64,000 nucleotides of DNA, taken from NCBI GenBank assembly GCA_963812375.1, contig CAWEUW010000007.1:489791-553790 (forward strand). Direction: 5' to 3'. The notes under the pieces were generated by a model. It saw nothing but the letters and a program-made list of their open reading frames with translations, was not told the DNA's origin and did no database searches. Shown piece after piece: positions 21,980 through 34,260 of the stretch. Within the stretch, counting starts at the first letter, position 1, and every line of letters starts with the position of its first letter. The translations under genes and the position numbers were made by a program. This DNA comes from an uncultured Acidimicrobiia bacterium. Its GTDB lineage: Bacteria; Actinomycetota; Acidimicrobiia; Spongiisociales; UBA5794.

Positions 21980-23162
21980 TCATGTCGGGGGCCCTCCTCG
22001 ATCGACGGTGACCCACCGGCCCTCTGCCGACGACCGGGCGACCGCCTCGGTGACGCACACCGCATCGTGGCCGTCGGCGAAGGTCGGGTAGGTCGGGTTG
22101 GGCGACGGGGCGCCCTTGACGACATCGGCGTAGACCTGGGAGAAGAGCGCCCGGAACGTGTCCGGGTAGCCCTCGACGTGGCCCCCGGGATAGCCGATCA
22201 GCCGGGCCGCTTCGGGGGCGGCCAGCGTCGGGTCGCGCTGCAGGATCTCGTTGGGCCGGCCCCGGTGCCCGATCCACAGCCGGTCGGGCTCCTCGGAGTA
22301 CCACGACAGCGCCGAGTCGGCACCGTCGACCTCGATGGTGACGCTGTTCTTGCGGCCCGCCGAGACCTGGGAGATGGCGACCACGCCGCGGGCGCCGTCC
22401 TCGAAACGGAGCATGATGGAGGCGGCGTCGTCGCTGCTCATCGTCTCCTCGATGAGGTCGCCGACGTCATCCGAGCCATCCACGGGTCCGGCGAAGCTCT
22501 CCACCGGGCCGGCGGGGTGGCGACGGACCGGGACCAGGGTGTGCAGGTCGGCCATCACCTCGACCACCCGCTTGCCGGTGATGAACCGGGCGAGGTCGAG
22601 CCAGTGGGAGCCGATGTCGGCCACCGCCCGCAGCTCGCCGGCCTGCTGCGGCTCCAGGCGCCAGTTCCAGTCGGTGGGCAGCAGCAGCCAGTCCTGCAGG
22701 TAGCCGCCGGAGACGAACCGCGGCTGCGCCGATCTCGCCCGCGGCGACCATCGCCGCCGCCTGGTGGCACGACGGGTAGAAGCGGATGTTGAAGCAGACC
22801 GCGTTCACCAGCCCCGACGCCTCCGCGGCGTCCACCATGGCGGCGGTCTCGCCGCTGTCCACCCCGAGCGGCTTCTCGCACACCACGTGCTTGCCCGCCG
22901 CCAGCGAAGCCCTCGCCTGGGCGGCGTGGACGTCGTTGGGGCTGGCGACGTGCACCACGTCGACCGTGTCGTCGGCGAGGACCGCGTCCAGGTCGTCGTA
23001 GACCATCGGCAGGTTGGCCCGCGCCGCCTTGTCCCTGGCCCGGCCCGGTGACGAGCCGACCACGCCGACGACGTCGATGCCGAGCCGGCGCAGCGCCTCG
23101 ACGTGGGCGACGCCGATGAACCCGACCCCGACCACCACCACCTTGATGTCTGCGAGACTCAT
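21980..23162 (-). CDS. Gfo/Idh/MocA oxidoreductase (frameshift near 22730)
   Basis: VGVGFIG, SPNDVH, CEKPL, DWNWR, ADIGSHW, PGGHVEGYPD. Confidence 0.88.
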
Positions 23163-23173
23163 CAGCAACCCTC

Positions 23174-24188
23174 CTAACTCTCGCCGATCACCCGGGCGTA
23201 CACCCAGGCGAGCCCGAGGACGATCGAGCCGTACAGGACGTACTGCACCGCCTGGCCTGCGTTGAGGAACGTGAGCATCGACTGGAGCACCGCCCAGGAT
23301 CAGGGCGCCCAGGATCGTCCCCGAGTAGGTGCCCATGCCTCCGAAGATCGATGTCCCCCCGATGACCGCCGCGGCCACCGACGGAAGGAGGAAGGCTGGC
23401 GGCGAGCTGAGAGGTCGACGTTGCCCACCTTGCCGGCGAGCAGGATCCCGGCGACGGCGGCGAGCAGCCCGCTCAGCGTGTAGGCGAGCACCAGGCACCT
23501 GCCACGACCGGACCCCGGCGAGTCGCATTGCCACCGGGTTGTCTCCGAGCGCCGTACAGCACCCGGCCGAACCCGGTGCGACGCAGGATCAGGATGATCA
23601 GGGCGGCGATGACCGCCCAGATCACGACGCGCCCACGGGACCCGGTTGCCGAGGAACGAACCACCACCGATGGTGCGAACGAAGGGCGCCATCGCCGTCG
23701 ACCCGGTGAAGATGGTCTGCGCCCAGGAGGTGAGCAGGCCGAGCAGGATGGCCGACATGGCCAGGGTCATGATCAGTGGGTTGACCCGGAACACCCCGAC
23801 ACCGAGGCCGTTGGCACCGCCGGCCGACGACCCCGGCCAACAGCCCGAACACGATGGCGACGAACGGCGCCCTGGGGTGCCTGGTTGGCCACGACGTAGG
23901 CCGCCAGCGGTGGCGACCATGGTCACCGAGAGGTCGATGCCGGCGGTGAGCATCAGGATGGTCTGGCCGGCCGCCATGATCCCCAGCGGAGCGGCGAACA
24001 GCGCCGAGTTGCGCAGCCCGGTGACACTGAGGTACGAGGGCTCGATGACCCCGGTGATCAGGATGAGCACCACCAGCACGCGCGCCGAGCACGACCAGGG
24101 GGCGCTCCCGCAGCCAGCGCGCCCAGGTGCGGGTCGACGGCTCCGGCAGCCCTGGCTCGAGTGTGCTCGGGGTGAGCTCGGTGGTCAC
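23174..24188 (-). CDS. Sugar ABC transporter permease (RbsC family), frameshifted
   Basis: TAGIDLSV, NPLIMTLAM, AAVIGGTSIFGGMG. Confidence 0.85.
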
Positions 24189-25203
24189 GAGGCGCGCTGC
24201 CTGCGGAGTTGGAGCAGCCCGGCCACCATCATCACCAGGACGATGAGCAGCGCCCTGGATGACCTGGGCCTGGTTGGGGTCGATGCCCATGGCGGTGAGC
24301 ACCGGGTTGAGGAAGAAGAGGACGATGCCCGCGGCCACCGCCCCGATCACCGAGCCGATGCCGCCGGTGAGGGCGATGCCACCGAGCACGATGGCGGCGA
24401 CGGCGTTGAGGGTGGCGTAGGCGCCCAGCGTGAACCGGGGGTCGCCGCGACCGATGATGGCGGTGGTGGCCAGCCCGGCGAGGGCGGCGAAGACCCCGCC
24501 GACGGCGTAGGCGGTCATCCGGGCTCGGGCGGTGTCCAGCCCCGACAGGTAGGCGGCGGTGCGGCTGCTCCCCAGGGCGTACAGCGACAGCCCGGCGCGG
24601 GTGCGACCCAGCCACCAGGCGACCACGATGACCGGCACGGCCAGGGCCACCAGCGGTGGCCACGGGTTGCTCCCGATCCCCGACGCGGAGCCGGAGAAGA
24701 TCCAACGGAACCCGTCGCTGGTGCCGCCGGCAGGCGAGGGCAGCACCACCAGGGCGAAACCCGACAGGATGAAGCTGGTGGCCAGGGTCACCACGATGTC
24801 GGGGATCCCGTGACTTCTCGATCACCCAACCGACCCCGCCGTTGACCATGGCGGCGCCCACCAGGATCGCCAGCCCGATCACCAGCGTCATCGCCAGCGG
24901 CTGGCCCTCCATGGTGCGGGCGGCCACGCAGTTGGTGAGCACCATCATCGCCCCCACCGACAGGTCGATGCCGCCGGCGATGACGATCACCGCCTGGGCA
25001 ACGGCGAGGAAGGCGAACGGCAGGCCGTTCTTGACGATGGAGGTGATCTCGAAGGTCCCGAACCGGGGGATCAACGTGGAGTACCACGCCACCATGACCA
25101 CCAGCAGCAGCCACACCCCGGCGGTCCAGCCGTGGGCGCCGAACCACCGGCGCACCTCGGCCTCGGGGACGTAGCCGGCCACGCTCTCGGTGCGGGAGCT
25201 CAC
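24185..25203 (-). CDS. Sugar ABC transporter permease (RbsC family), frameshifted
   Basis: AGGIDLSVG, AAIVLGGIALTGGIG. Confidence 0.85.
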
Positions 25204-26685
25204 ACCGCCTCCTCTCGAGCCCGTGGGCTGCGGACAGCAGGCTCTCCTCGGTGGCGAGGGCGGGGTCCTGCTCGTCGACCACCGACCGGCGTACATCACC
25301 AGCACCCGGTCGCACACCAGCGGGATCTCTCGCAGCTCGCTGGTGTACAGCAGGATGGCGGCACCCTCGTCGGCGAGCTCGCGCAACAGTCGGTAGATCT
25401 GCGCCTTGGTCTGGATGTCGATGCCCCGGGTGGGGTCGAAGCACAGCAGCACCTTGAAGCCGGTGGCCAGCCAGCGGCCGATCGTCAGCTTCTGCTGGTT
25501 GCCACCGGACAGCCGGCGCACCTGGCGTTGGGCGCGCACGTCGACGTCGAGCCGGTCGATGGCACCGGCCACCCGGGCTCTTCTCGTCGGCGACCAGCCC
25601 GAACCACCTGCCGATCCGGTTGTAAAGCGGGACGGCGAGGTTCTCGGTCACCGGCCGTTGGGGAAGCAGCGCCTGGAGCCGGTCCGCCGGGACCAGCACC
25701 ATGCCGCGCCGGATGGCGTCGTACGGGGACCGGGCCGACAACGGCTCGCCTCCGACCAGGATCTCACCCGAGTCGGCCCGGCGATCTCCGGACAGGACCT
25801 GGAAGAGCTGGTCCTGGCCCTGGGCCTCGAGGGCGGCGATGCCGAGGATCTCGCCGCCGTCGCAGCGTGAGAGAGACGTCGTTGACCTTGCCGCCGCGGG
25901 AGAGGTGGCGGGTCTCGAGCGCCGCCGGTTGCTCGGCCCCGGGAGCGCGCCGGCCCGCCTCCTCGGCGGTTGCCTCCTCGGCGACCTCGCCGAGCATCGC
26001 CGCCACCAGCCTGCGCCTCGCCGCCCTCGCCCGGCGCCAGCGACTGCGACGTTGCGCCCGTTGCGGAGGATGGTGGCCCGGTCGCACATGCTGCAGGACC
26101 TCGGTCAGCCGGTGGGTGATGAACAGGACCGAGCGACCCTCCGACTTCCAGTGCCGCATGACGGTGAACACGTGCTCCGCCTGGTCGGCGGACAGGGCAG
26201 CGGTGATCTCGTCGAGGAGCAGCAGATGGGGGTCCTGCGCCAGCGCCCTGGCCAGGTCGAGCAGCCGGAGGACTCGGGAGCGGGAGGTCCTTGACGGAGG
26301 CGTCGAAGTCGAGCGCCCCGAGGTCCATCCGGTCCAGCCACTTCAGCACGGCATCGGGGTCGATCCCGGTGAGCCGCAGGTTCTGGTCGACGGTGAGGTC
26401 GGGGATCAACGCCGGGTCCTGGAACACGGTGGCCAGCCCGGCACCGGTGGCGTCGCGCGGCCGTCTCAGGTTCGCATCGACCCCGTTGACCGCGACCGTC
26501 CCGCTGTCGGCGGCGATCACCCCCGAGAGGATCTTGACCATGGTGCTCTTCCCGGCCCCGTTGGCCCCGAGCAGGGCGTGGATCTCGCCCGGCATCACGG
26601 TGAGGTCCACCGATCGCAAGGCGACGACCGGGCCATAGCTCTTGGCGATGGCCCTGGTCTCGAGCAGGGGGGACGGGTCGGTCAC
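25200..26685 (-). CDS. Sugar ABC transporter ATP-binding protein (RbsA family), frameshifted
   Basis: GANGAGKST, LSGGNQQK, FDPTRGID. Confidence 0.88.
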
Positions 26686-26784
26686 GGTTGGCTCTCCGCC
26701 GGCGGCCGGCACCGCACGGCCGCACCGATGGTCGGAGACCGGGCGCCCACCGCAATGGGCGCCCGGTCTCGCAGCCGTTTCAGG

Positions 26785-27900
26785 TCAGCCGCCCACCGGT
26801 GCGCAGGCGATGACGTCGTCGGCGGTGTACGTCGTGTACGGCGGTCGATCTCCATGTAGGAGCTCCACCCGTCGGCGAGATCGGGGACGTAGATCTCGTT
26901 GAGGGCGTCGGCATCGCAGCACCGTCGAACACCTCAGGGGTGAGGATGGTGTTCTGCTCGGGCGAGCCGCCGGTGAGCGCCTCGATGGCGACGGCGGTTC
27001 CCACGCCGCCGATGGCGGGCGGGTTGGTCACTGCCGCACCGGGCTGGCCCTCGATGAGCTGCCCGATGAAGGCGTTGTTGTCGGCGCCGACCAGCGGCAC
27101 CGGCTCGACGCCGGCCGTCTCGAACTGCGGCACCACCGTGTAGTCGATGCCCGAGGTCCAGATCCCGTCGACCTCCTGGGTTCCGAGGATGTCGGCGGCC
27201 TGCTGGCTGCCGACCGTCGGGTCCCAACCGGTGAAGGTCTCGGCGACGACGGTGATGTCGGGGTAGTCGGCCAGGGCGGCCTGGAACCCGGTGTCACGGT
27301 CGGTGTCGGCCGGGACGCCGTCGATCCCCGCATGTACAGCGACGTTGCCCGACCCGCCGAGCGCTCTCGAACAGCCAGCGGGCACCCAGCTCGCCGTAGG
27401 CGACCTGGTCGTTGGTGACGTTGTACACGCCTTCGGCGGTCACCGCCTGGTCGATGGACACCACGACGATGCCCTGGGCGATGGCCTCTTCCAGAACCGG
27501 GTTGAGCGCCTCACGGTCCGTCGGGTTGACGATGATGGCGTCGACGCCCTGGGAGATGAGGCCCTGGATGTCGGCGATCTGCTCCGGCGTCCCGGCGTTG
27601 CGGTTGGCGAGCGACGACCTCGTCGACCACTCCGGACGCCGCCGCCTGCGCCTGGATGGCGCACACCATCTGCTCCCGCCAGGCGTTCCCCACCAGGGTG
27701 TTGCTCACCCCGATGGTGAAGGTCTCGCCACCTTCGCCGGCAGCCGCCGTGGTGCCGGTGTCGCCTCCGGTGGTGCCGGTGTCGCCTCCGGTGGTTCTGC
27801 TGGTGTCGTCGTCGTCGTCGCCGCCGCAGGCCGCTACGGCCAGCGCCAGCACGGCGAGCAGCGCCACGAGCCGCAGGCTCGTCTTGTCTCTCGATCGCAT
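26785..27900 (-). CDS. Sugar ABC substrate-binding lipoprotein, frameshifted
   Basis: Lipobox [30 protein letters not shown]. Confidence 0.85.
27749..27795. repeat. 21-bp tandem repeat in the lipoprotein linker
   Basis: GTGGTGCCGGTGTCGCCTCCG x2 encodes GGDTGTT x2. Confidence 0.8.
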
Positions 27901-27962
27901 TGGTTGGGTTTCCTCCTGTTTCGACCGCCAAGTGGCGGTACTGGTTGCTGTCGTGGGTGATC

Positions 27963-29155
27963 TCATGCCGAGGCTCCCTTGACGGCTGGCGGAGCGAGGC
28001 GTCGATGACCTTGGGGTCGAGGACGTGCTCGATCGCCATGGCGGCGGCGCCGGTGATCCCTGCCCGGTCGCCCAAGGTGCTCGGTGGTGACGGTGAGGTG
28101 GGCGGTGGCCAGGGCGGTCGACCGCCGGTACACCACCTCGCGTATCCCGGCGAGGAGGTGCTCGCCGGCCTCGGCGACGTCGCCGCCGACCACGATGCTC
28201 TCCGGGTTGAGGATGTTGACCATGGAAGCCAGCACCCGCCCGATCCTCCGCCCCGCCTCGCGGATGGCGGATACGGCGATGTGGTCGCCGGCGTCGGCGA
28301 GCCGCACCACGTCGCGGCTGGTTTCGGTGTCGGCGCCGCCGGCGGCGAGTTGCTCGGCCAGCGCCCGTCCCCCGGCGACCGCCTCGAGGCAGCCGTCGTT
28401 GCCGCATCGGCAGAGCACGCCCTTCTGCGGCGGCGATCTGGACATGGCCGATGTCGCCGGCGGCGCCCTGGGCTCCGCGGTGGAGCCGGCCCCCGAGGAT
28501 GAGGCCGGAGCCGATGCCGGTGCCCACCTTGACGAACAGCAGGTTGTCCGGCCGGGGTGAGGCGACCCAGTGCTCGCCCAGCGCCATGATGTTCACGTCG
28601 TTGTCGACCAGGCATGGGGCGTCGTAGCGCTCGGCGAGGCGGTCACGGATCGGGTAGCCGTGCCACCCGGGCATGATCGGTGGGTTGACCGCCCTGCCGG
28701 CGGCGAACTCGACCGGGCCGGGGACGCCGACGCCCACCGCCACCACGTCGTCGTTGACCCGCCCGTGCCAGTCGAGCAGGGCGTCGAAGTGGAGCTCGAT
28801 CTCTCCGAGCACCGCTTCGGGCCCGGTGGCGATGTCGAGGTCGATGGCCTCCTCGGCGAGCAGCTGGCCGGCGAGGTCGGTGACGCCGAGCCGGGCGTGG
28901 GTGGCGCCCAGGTCGGCGACGAGCACCCGGCCCGCCTCCCGGTTGAAGGCGAGGAAGGCGGGAGGACGGCCACCGGTGGAAGGGGCGTCCCCGACCTCGG
29001 TCACCAGCCCGTCGGCGATGAGTCGGTCGATCCGGAGGGCGACCGTGGAGCGTGCCAGCCCGGTGGCCCCGGCGACGGCGTTGCGGGTGGTCGCCTCGCC
29101 GCGTCGGATCAGCTGCAGGATCTCTCCCGTGGGTTCCCACGGCGCGTACCGGCAC
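27963..29155 (-). CDS. ROK-family transcriptional repressor, frameshifted
   Basis: [43 protein letters not shown]. Confidence 0.88.
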
Positions 29156-29176
29156 AGTTCGGCCAGTCAACCACCT

Positions 29177-29203
29177 ACTTCGGCATGACGTCAAGTCAAA
29201 AGT
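29177..29203. promoter_or_regulatory. Candidate ROK operator/promoter
   Basis: ACTT-N19-AAGT imperfect palindrome with central TGACGTCA; TTGAC hexamers on the minus strand. Confidence 0.45.
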
Positions 29204-29253
29204 GTCGCGCCTTCGACCGTATCGGGAAGGCGACTCAGGGCGGCGCCTCGGAC

Positions 29254-30067
29254 TCACCTGGCCAGCACGGCGGCGTATCGAGCGGCGTGGTCGGCGTAGG
29301 CGGCGTCGAAGAGCTCGGCGGATCGCTCCGCCCCCACCACCGACGCCGAGGTGATGACCGGGGGCATCGCCCCGCGCTCCACCAGCAGTCCGGCGGTACG
29401 CACCTTGATCTCGTTGGCGATGGCGACGTTGGCCACGCTGGACAGCGGCCCGACCGGGGTGTCGAGCCCTTCGATGGCGACGGCGGCGTCCCCCACCGGG
29501 ATGCACAGGTCGATGACGAGGTCGGCGTGGTCGACCAACGACGTGCCCGACGAATGCCCGGAGGGGAAGCCGGTCGACTGCGGCCACCGACGTCACCGCC
29601 ACCACGACGAGCCCGCGCCGCCGGGCCCCCATCGCCATCTCGATGGGCACCGCGGTGCGGCCCCCGGCGCTCCACACGATCATCACGTCGCTCGACCCGA
29701 AGGAGAAGTTGTCCAGGATCGCCTCGGCCAGGCCTTCGACCCGCTCGATGTACATCGCCTGCCGCTGCCCGTTGGACCCGGTGACCTGGGTGTGGAAGGT
29801 CATCGACAGCTCCGCCATCGGGTGGAAGCCGGGGTAGGAGCCGTAGCGGGGGAACGTCTCCTCGAGCGGGATGCGGGAGTGCCCGGTACCGAACAGGTGG
29901 ACCAGCCCACCGGAGGCGATGGCGTCGGCGCAGCGGGCAGCGGTGGCGTCGATCACCTCCGATCTGCGTCGCCTCCAGGCGGTCGAGGAGCGTGCCGGGC
30001 GGCGGTGAGCCAGTCGACGGGGCGCCGGCCAGAGGAGGCGGTCTGTCGGAAGCGGCATCGGTGTCAT
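29254..30067 (-). CDS. SIS-domain (sugar isomerase) protein, frameshifted
   Basis: HLFGTGHS, FPRYGSYPGF, SAGGR, PVGPLSSV. Confidence 0.85.
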
Positions 30068-30108
30068 CCCTGTGGCATTGCGTACTCTTGGGTCGGTCGT
30101 GAGCGAAA

Positions 30109-30118
30109 TGTCTAGACA
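30109..30118. promoter_or_regulatory. GntR/HutC-type operator 1
   Basis: Perfect palindrome TGTCTAGACA between the divergent SIS and GntR genes. Confidence 0.7.
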
Positions 30119-30133
30119 GGTTGGACTGTAGGG

Positions 30134-30874
30134 ATGGCAACGCGCCGGCGTCAACCGGAGCCGTCCGGGGCGCGCCACGAGCAGATCGCCGAGTACCTGA
30201 GGAAGGTGGTGGCCGCCGCCTCCCCCGGTGACCGGCTGCCCTCGGACGCCGAGCTGTGCGCCCGGTTCGGGGTGAGCCGGATGACCGCCCGGCAGGCGGT
30301 GCAGACGCTGGCCAACGAGCGGCTGCTCTACCGCCAGCGGGGACGGGGCACGTTCGTGGCGGCGCGGCAGATCCCCAGGGTGCTCGGCTCGCCGCTGTCG
30401 TTCACCGCATCGACCCGCCGCCGGGGGATGGTCCCCGCCTCGGTGGTGCTCGCCTCGGGCCGCCGCCCCGCCACCGAGGACGAAGCCGAGGCGCTCGGGC
30501 TGGCGCCGGACGACCTGGTGGTGATGGTCGAACGGGTGCGGATGGCCGACGCCGTGCCGGTGGCGATCGAGCACGCCGCCATCCACCCCTCGTGCGACTT
30601 CGTGCTCGCCGACGACCTGGCCACCGGGTCGCTCCACGACAGCTTCGCCGTCCACGGCCGCACCGCCGCCGCCGCCTTCGCCCGGGTCGCCTCGCGCAAG
30701 GCGACGGCGGTGGAACGGCGGCTGCTCGAGCTCGGAGTCGACGGGGTGGTCCTCACCGAGCGGCGCACCATCGTCGACCAGGAGGGTCGACCGCTGGAGC
30801 ACACCGAGACCGTCTACGCCGCCGAGCGCTACAGCTTCGAGGCGGTGCTCCACTCGGACGAGGACCGGGATTGA
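30134..30874 (+). CDS. GntR-family regulator (HutC/UTRA)
   Basis: GDRLPSDAEL, FGVSRMTARQA, GRGTFV; UTRA-like C-terminus. Confidence 0.93.
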   Translation: MATRRRQPEPSGARHEQIAEYLRKVVAAASPGDRLPSDAELCARFGVSRMTARQAVQTLANERLLYRQRGRGTFVAARQIPRVLGSPLSFTASTRRRGMVPASVVLASGRRPATEDEAEALGLAPDDLVVMVERVRMADAVPVAIEHAAIHPSCDFVLADDLATGSLHDSFAVHGRTAAAAFARVASRKATAVERRLLELGVDGVVLTERRTIVDQEGRPLEHTETVYAAERYSFEAVLHSDEDRD

Positions 30875-31778
30875 GCCGGCTGCTCGGGCTCGACTTCGGC
30901 GGGACCAACATCAAGGTGGTGATCCTCGCCGACGCGCCCGGGTGGCGTCCCCGAAGTGGTCTGGACCGATCAACGACCGACCCGGGCCGAGGGCGGCCCC
31001 GACGTCGTGGTCGGCGAGCTCGTCGCCGCCGGACGGGACGCGATCGAGACGCATGGCCCGATCGACGCCGTCGGGCTGGGCATCCCCGGTGTCTTCGACC
31101 CGGAGGCGGGCACCATCCTGCTGTTCCCCAACTTCCCCGGGGAGTGGGCCGGGCACCCGATCCGTCGACCGATCGCGGAGGCGCTCGGGCTCCCGGTGAC
31201 GATGATCAACGATGCCAGGGCCTTCACCCTGGCCGAGGGGACGATCGGCGCCGGGCGCGGCTGCCGCAGCATCGTCGCCATGACCCTGGGCACCGGCATC
31301 GGCGGCGGCGTGATGATCGACGGCAGGCTCATCACCGGGGTCAGCGGCAGGGCCGGCGAAATCGGCCACCAGATCGTCGAGGTCGACGGTCCCCTCTGCG
31401 GGTGCGGCAACCGCGGGCTGCGTCGAGGCGCTCACCCGGGCCGGGGTGCTCACCGGGTTGGCGGGCAGGGACACCGTCGAGGAGGTGTACCGGGCGGCGG
31501 CGGACGGTGACGAGCGGTGTTCCGCCGCCATCGCCCGGGTCGCCGACTACCTCGGGGTGGCGCTGGCCAACATCGTCACCGTGATCGGGCCGGAGCGGAT
31601 CGTCGTCGGCGGCGGGGTGATGGCCGGGGGCGAGCGGGTGCTCGGCCCCATCCGCCAGGCGGTGTTGCGCCACGTGACACTTGCCCCGCCCGAGACCATC
31701 TCGGTGGTCGCCGCCGAGTTGGGCACCATGGCCGGGGCGATCGGGGCCGCCCTGGCGGCGACGTCTCCCGAGGCCTAG
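30871..31778 (+). CDS. ROK-family sugar kinase, frameshifted
   Basis: GLDFGGTNIK, INDARA, TLGTGIGGG, GEIGH, CGCGNRGC. Confidence 0.88.
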
Positions 31779-32959
31779 CCGGGGAGCATGCGGCGGAGAG
31801 CAAGCTCGGCCAGCAGGGCGGCGGCGTCGGGCAGCACCGAGTCGTCGAAGGCGGCCCGTGGGGAGTGGTTGTCCGGGGCGGTGGCCGGGTCGCCCGGGCA
31901 GGCGCTGATGCACACGTAGGCCCCGGGGACCTCGTTGAGCACGAAGGAGAAGTCCTCCGACCCGGTCTCCGGGAGGTCCATCCGGTGGAACCGGTCGGCG
32001 CCGAAGAGGTCGACGATGGTGGCGGCGGCGAAGTCGTACTCGGCCTCGTCGTTGACGGTCACCGGGTACCCCCGCTGGTACTCGACGTCGGCAGCGAGAC
32101 CGTGGGCCGAGGCGATCCCCCGCACCAGCTCGATGGTGGCCGCCTCGGCCAGGTCGCGGTTGGCCGCCGAGAACGTCCGCACCGTCGCATCGAACCCGGC
32201 GTCGTCGGGGATGATGTTCGCCTTGGTCCCTCCCCAGAGCCGTCCCACGGTGACCACCACCGGGTCGCGGGCGTCGAAGCGACGGGTGACCATCGCCTGC
32301 AGGGCGAGAACCATCTCGCTCACCGCCGGGATCGGGTCGCGGGCGTGTTGCGGCGCCGAGCCGTGCCCACCCTCGCCGACCACGCGCACGTAGAGCGTGT
32401 CGGCGGCGGCATACAGCGGGCCGGGACGGGAGAACCAGATGCCCTTGGGATGGGCGGCCGAGTAGACGTGGAGCGCGTAGGCAGCGTCGACGCGGCGCCC
32501 GGCGGCATCGAGCACGCCTTCGGTGATCATCAGCTCGGCACCGCCCTCGACCTCCTCGCCGGGCTGGAACATGAACACGACCTTGCCGGTCAGCTGGTCC
32601 CGGAGCGAGTCCAGGATGCGGGCCGCTCCGACCAGGGCGGCGACGTGCAGGTCGTGGCCGCAGGCGTGCATGCGTCCCGGGTGCGTCGAGGCGTAGGGGA
32701 CGTCGACCTGCTCGGTGACCGGCAAGGCGTCCATGTCGCCCCGCAGCAGCACGCTGGGCCCGTCGCCGTCACCGAGCACTGCGGTGACCGACGACAGCGC
32801 CCCGCCCGTCGTCACCTCGAGGTCGAGCCCGGCGAGGGCGTCGAGCACGATCGCCTGGGTCTTGGGCAGGTCGAGCGCCAGCTCGGGCACCTGGTGCAGC
32901 CGGCGGCGGAGGTCGACGAGGTCGTCGGCGATGGCGCCGGCCAGCTCGATCGTGCGCAC
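31775..32959 (-). CDS. M20 amidohydrolase (hippurate-hydrolase-like)
   Basis: LRGDMDALP, MHACGHD, FQPGEE, SEDFS, HSP. Confidence 0.92.
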   Translation of the reverse strand: MRTIELAGAIADDLVDLRRRLHQVPELALDLPKTQAIVLDALAGLDLEVTTGGALSSVTAVLGDGDGPSVLLRGDMDALPVTEQVDVPYASTHPGRMHACGHDLHVAALVGAARILDSLRDQLTGKVVFMFQPGEEVEGGAELMITEGVLDAAGRRVDAAYALHVYSAAHPKGIWFSRPGPLYAAADTLYVRVVGEGGHGSAPQHARDPIPAVSEMVLALQAMVTRRFDARDPVVVTVGRLWGGTKANIIPDDAGFDATVRTFSAANRDLAEAATIELVRGIASAHGLAADVEYQRGYPVTVNDEAEYDFAAATIVDLFGADRFHRMDLPETGSEDFSFVLNEVPGAYVCISACPGDPATAPDNHSPRAAFDDSVLPDAAALLAELALRRMLPG

Positions 32960-33021
32960 CGGGCCTCCTCCGATCGTCGTCCGAGCCGTCACGCTACCCG
33001 GTCCGTCGCCGGGCGGCCGGG

Positions 33022-33868
33022 TCACATCATCACGTTGAGGCCGCCGACCACCCGCCGGCCGAGCTCGTCGCCGCCCGTCTCCGTGGCGGTCACCGTCACC
33101 CGATCGGCGACGTCGTCCACCGGGCGGCGTCCGTTGGCGAGCACCACGTAGGTCTGGCTGTCCATCGCCACCGTCGCCAGAGGGGGGCGGGCCGGATGGT
33201 CGACGACCACGGCGCGCCCGTCGCGCACCTCGCACGTGACGTGCCGCCGGACCGGGCCGGTGAGCTCGAACTCGACGGCGCGTCCCTCGGGGCAGGCGGC
33301 GCGTTTGCCGACCACCATCGGCAGTGATCGCAGCAGACGGTCGATGCTGTGCTCGGCGGCGGCCCCGCTCTCGTTGCCGGGCATGTCGAGGGCGCGGCGG
33401 GCGTCCTGCTCGTGGACCCAGCAGTCGACGATGCGAACGCTGAGGAAGTCGGTCATGGTGCCCGGCCCCACCGGCGTGATCATCGGCTGGGCGTAGTACG
33501 CCGCCTCGGCGGCGCCGAGCGTGTGCTCGCGGGTGGCGATCAGCTCGTCCCATTCGGCGAGGACGGCGGCGCCGGGTAGACCGCGCCGCAACTCCACCTC
33601 GTTCTCGTTGAAGTCGCCGATCGTGTTCCGCACGTGGGGCTCGGAACCGTCGGGCGGCGTCCCGGCGCGGCGCGGCGGGAAGACCCTCGAGGAGGCGCTC
33701 GATGCCGATCAGGTGGGAGAGGTTGTCCTGGACCGACCAGGCGGGGAGGTCGGTCTGCGCCTTCCATTGGGTCTCGGTGATCCCGTGGCCCAGCTCGGAC
33801 CACGCCCGCCAGACGCCGGTCAAGGTGTCGATGATCACGGTCGGGATGCCAGGTCGGTCGGCGGCCAT
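33022..33868 (-). CDS. Mycothiol-dependent maleylpyruvate isomerase family (MDMPI), frameshift near 33660
   Basis: TDLPAWSVQDNLSHL, RIVDCWVHEQDAR. Confidence 0.85.
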
Positions 33869-34203
33869 CCTGCTCCTTGGTCGAGGCGAAGCGTAGGGGT
33901 GATATGCGTTACGGGCCGGGTGGTGGCATCATGGACGGGACAGGCACCGGCCTGAGGGTGAGGAGGGATCGGAGCTTGACGCGGTCGGCGTGGTGTGGCG
34001 ACGGTTCGGTCGAGTGGCGTCAATTCGCCCTCGACGAAGGTCAGCCGAGCCCGTTCTCCGACAGCGCCTCGTCGCCCGACGGATCGCCCTCGAAGCCCGG
34101 AGACCATCGATCGTGGTGGGCCCGCTGGCTCACTCCTCTCGGCCCGAGGAACCCCGCCGGCTCGCGCTGAGCATCCCCCGCCGGCCGATCTCGAGCCCTG
34201 CAT

Positions 34204-34250
34204 ACTTTGAGCGGTTGACATGCGCTATCCGATGTCAAGTCGCTCAAAGT
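34204..34250. repeat. REP-like palindrome, copy 2 (just downstream of deoC)
   Basis: ACTTTGAGCGGTTGACAT-N10-ATGTCAAGTCGCTCAAAGT. Confidence 0.72.
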
Positions 34251-34260
34251 TGGAGTTGGA

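Noticed and set aside
28643-30853. Long antisense/shadow ORFs (also 43731..45941 and 53559..55595)
   Set aside because: Expected in high-GC DNA opposite real genes or from frame mixing; Arg/Pro/Gly-rich with no motifs of their own.
31775-33868. 697-aa ORF looking like an MDMPI-M20 fusion
   Set aside because: A frameshift near 33660 diverts the frame; MDMPI has its own stop at 33022 and M20 its own RBS and GTG at 32959.
33877-34170. Possible 97-aa gene between MDMPI and deoC
   Set aside because: No recognisable motif or clear RBS; cannot be supported.
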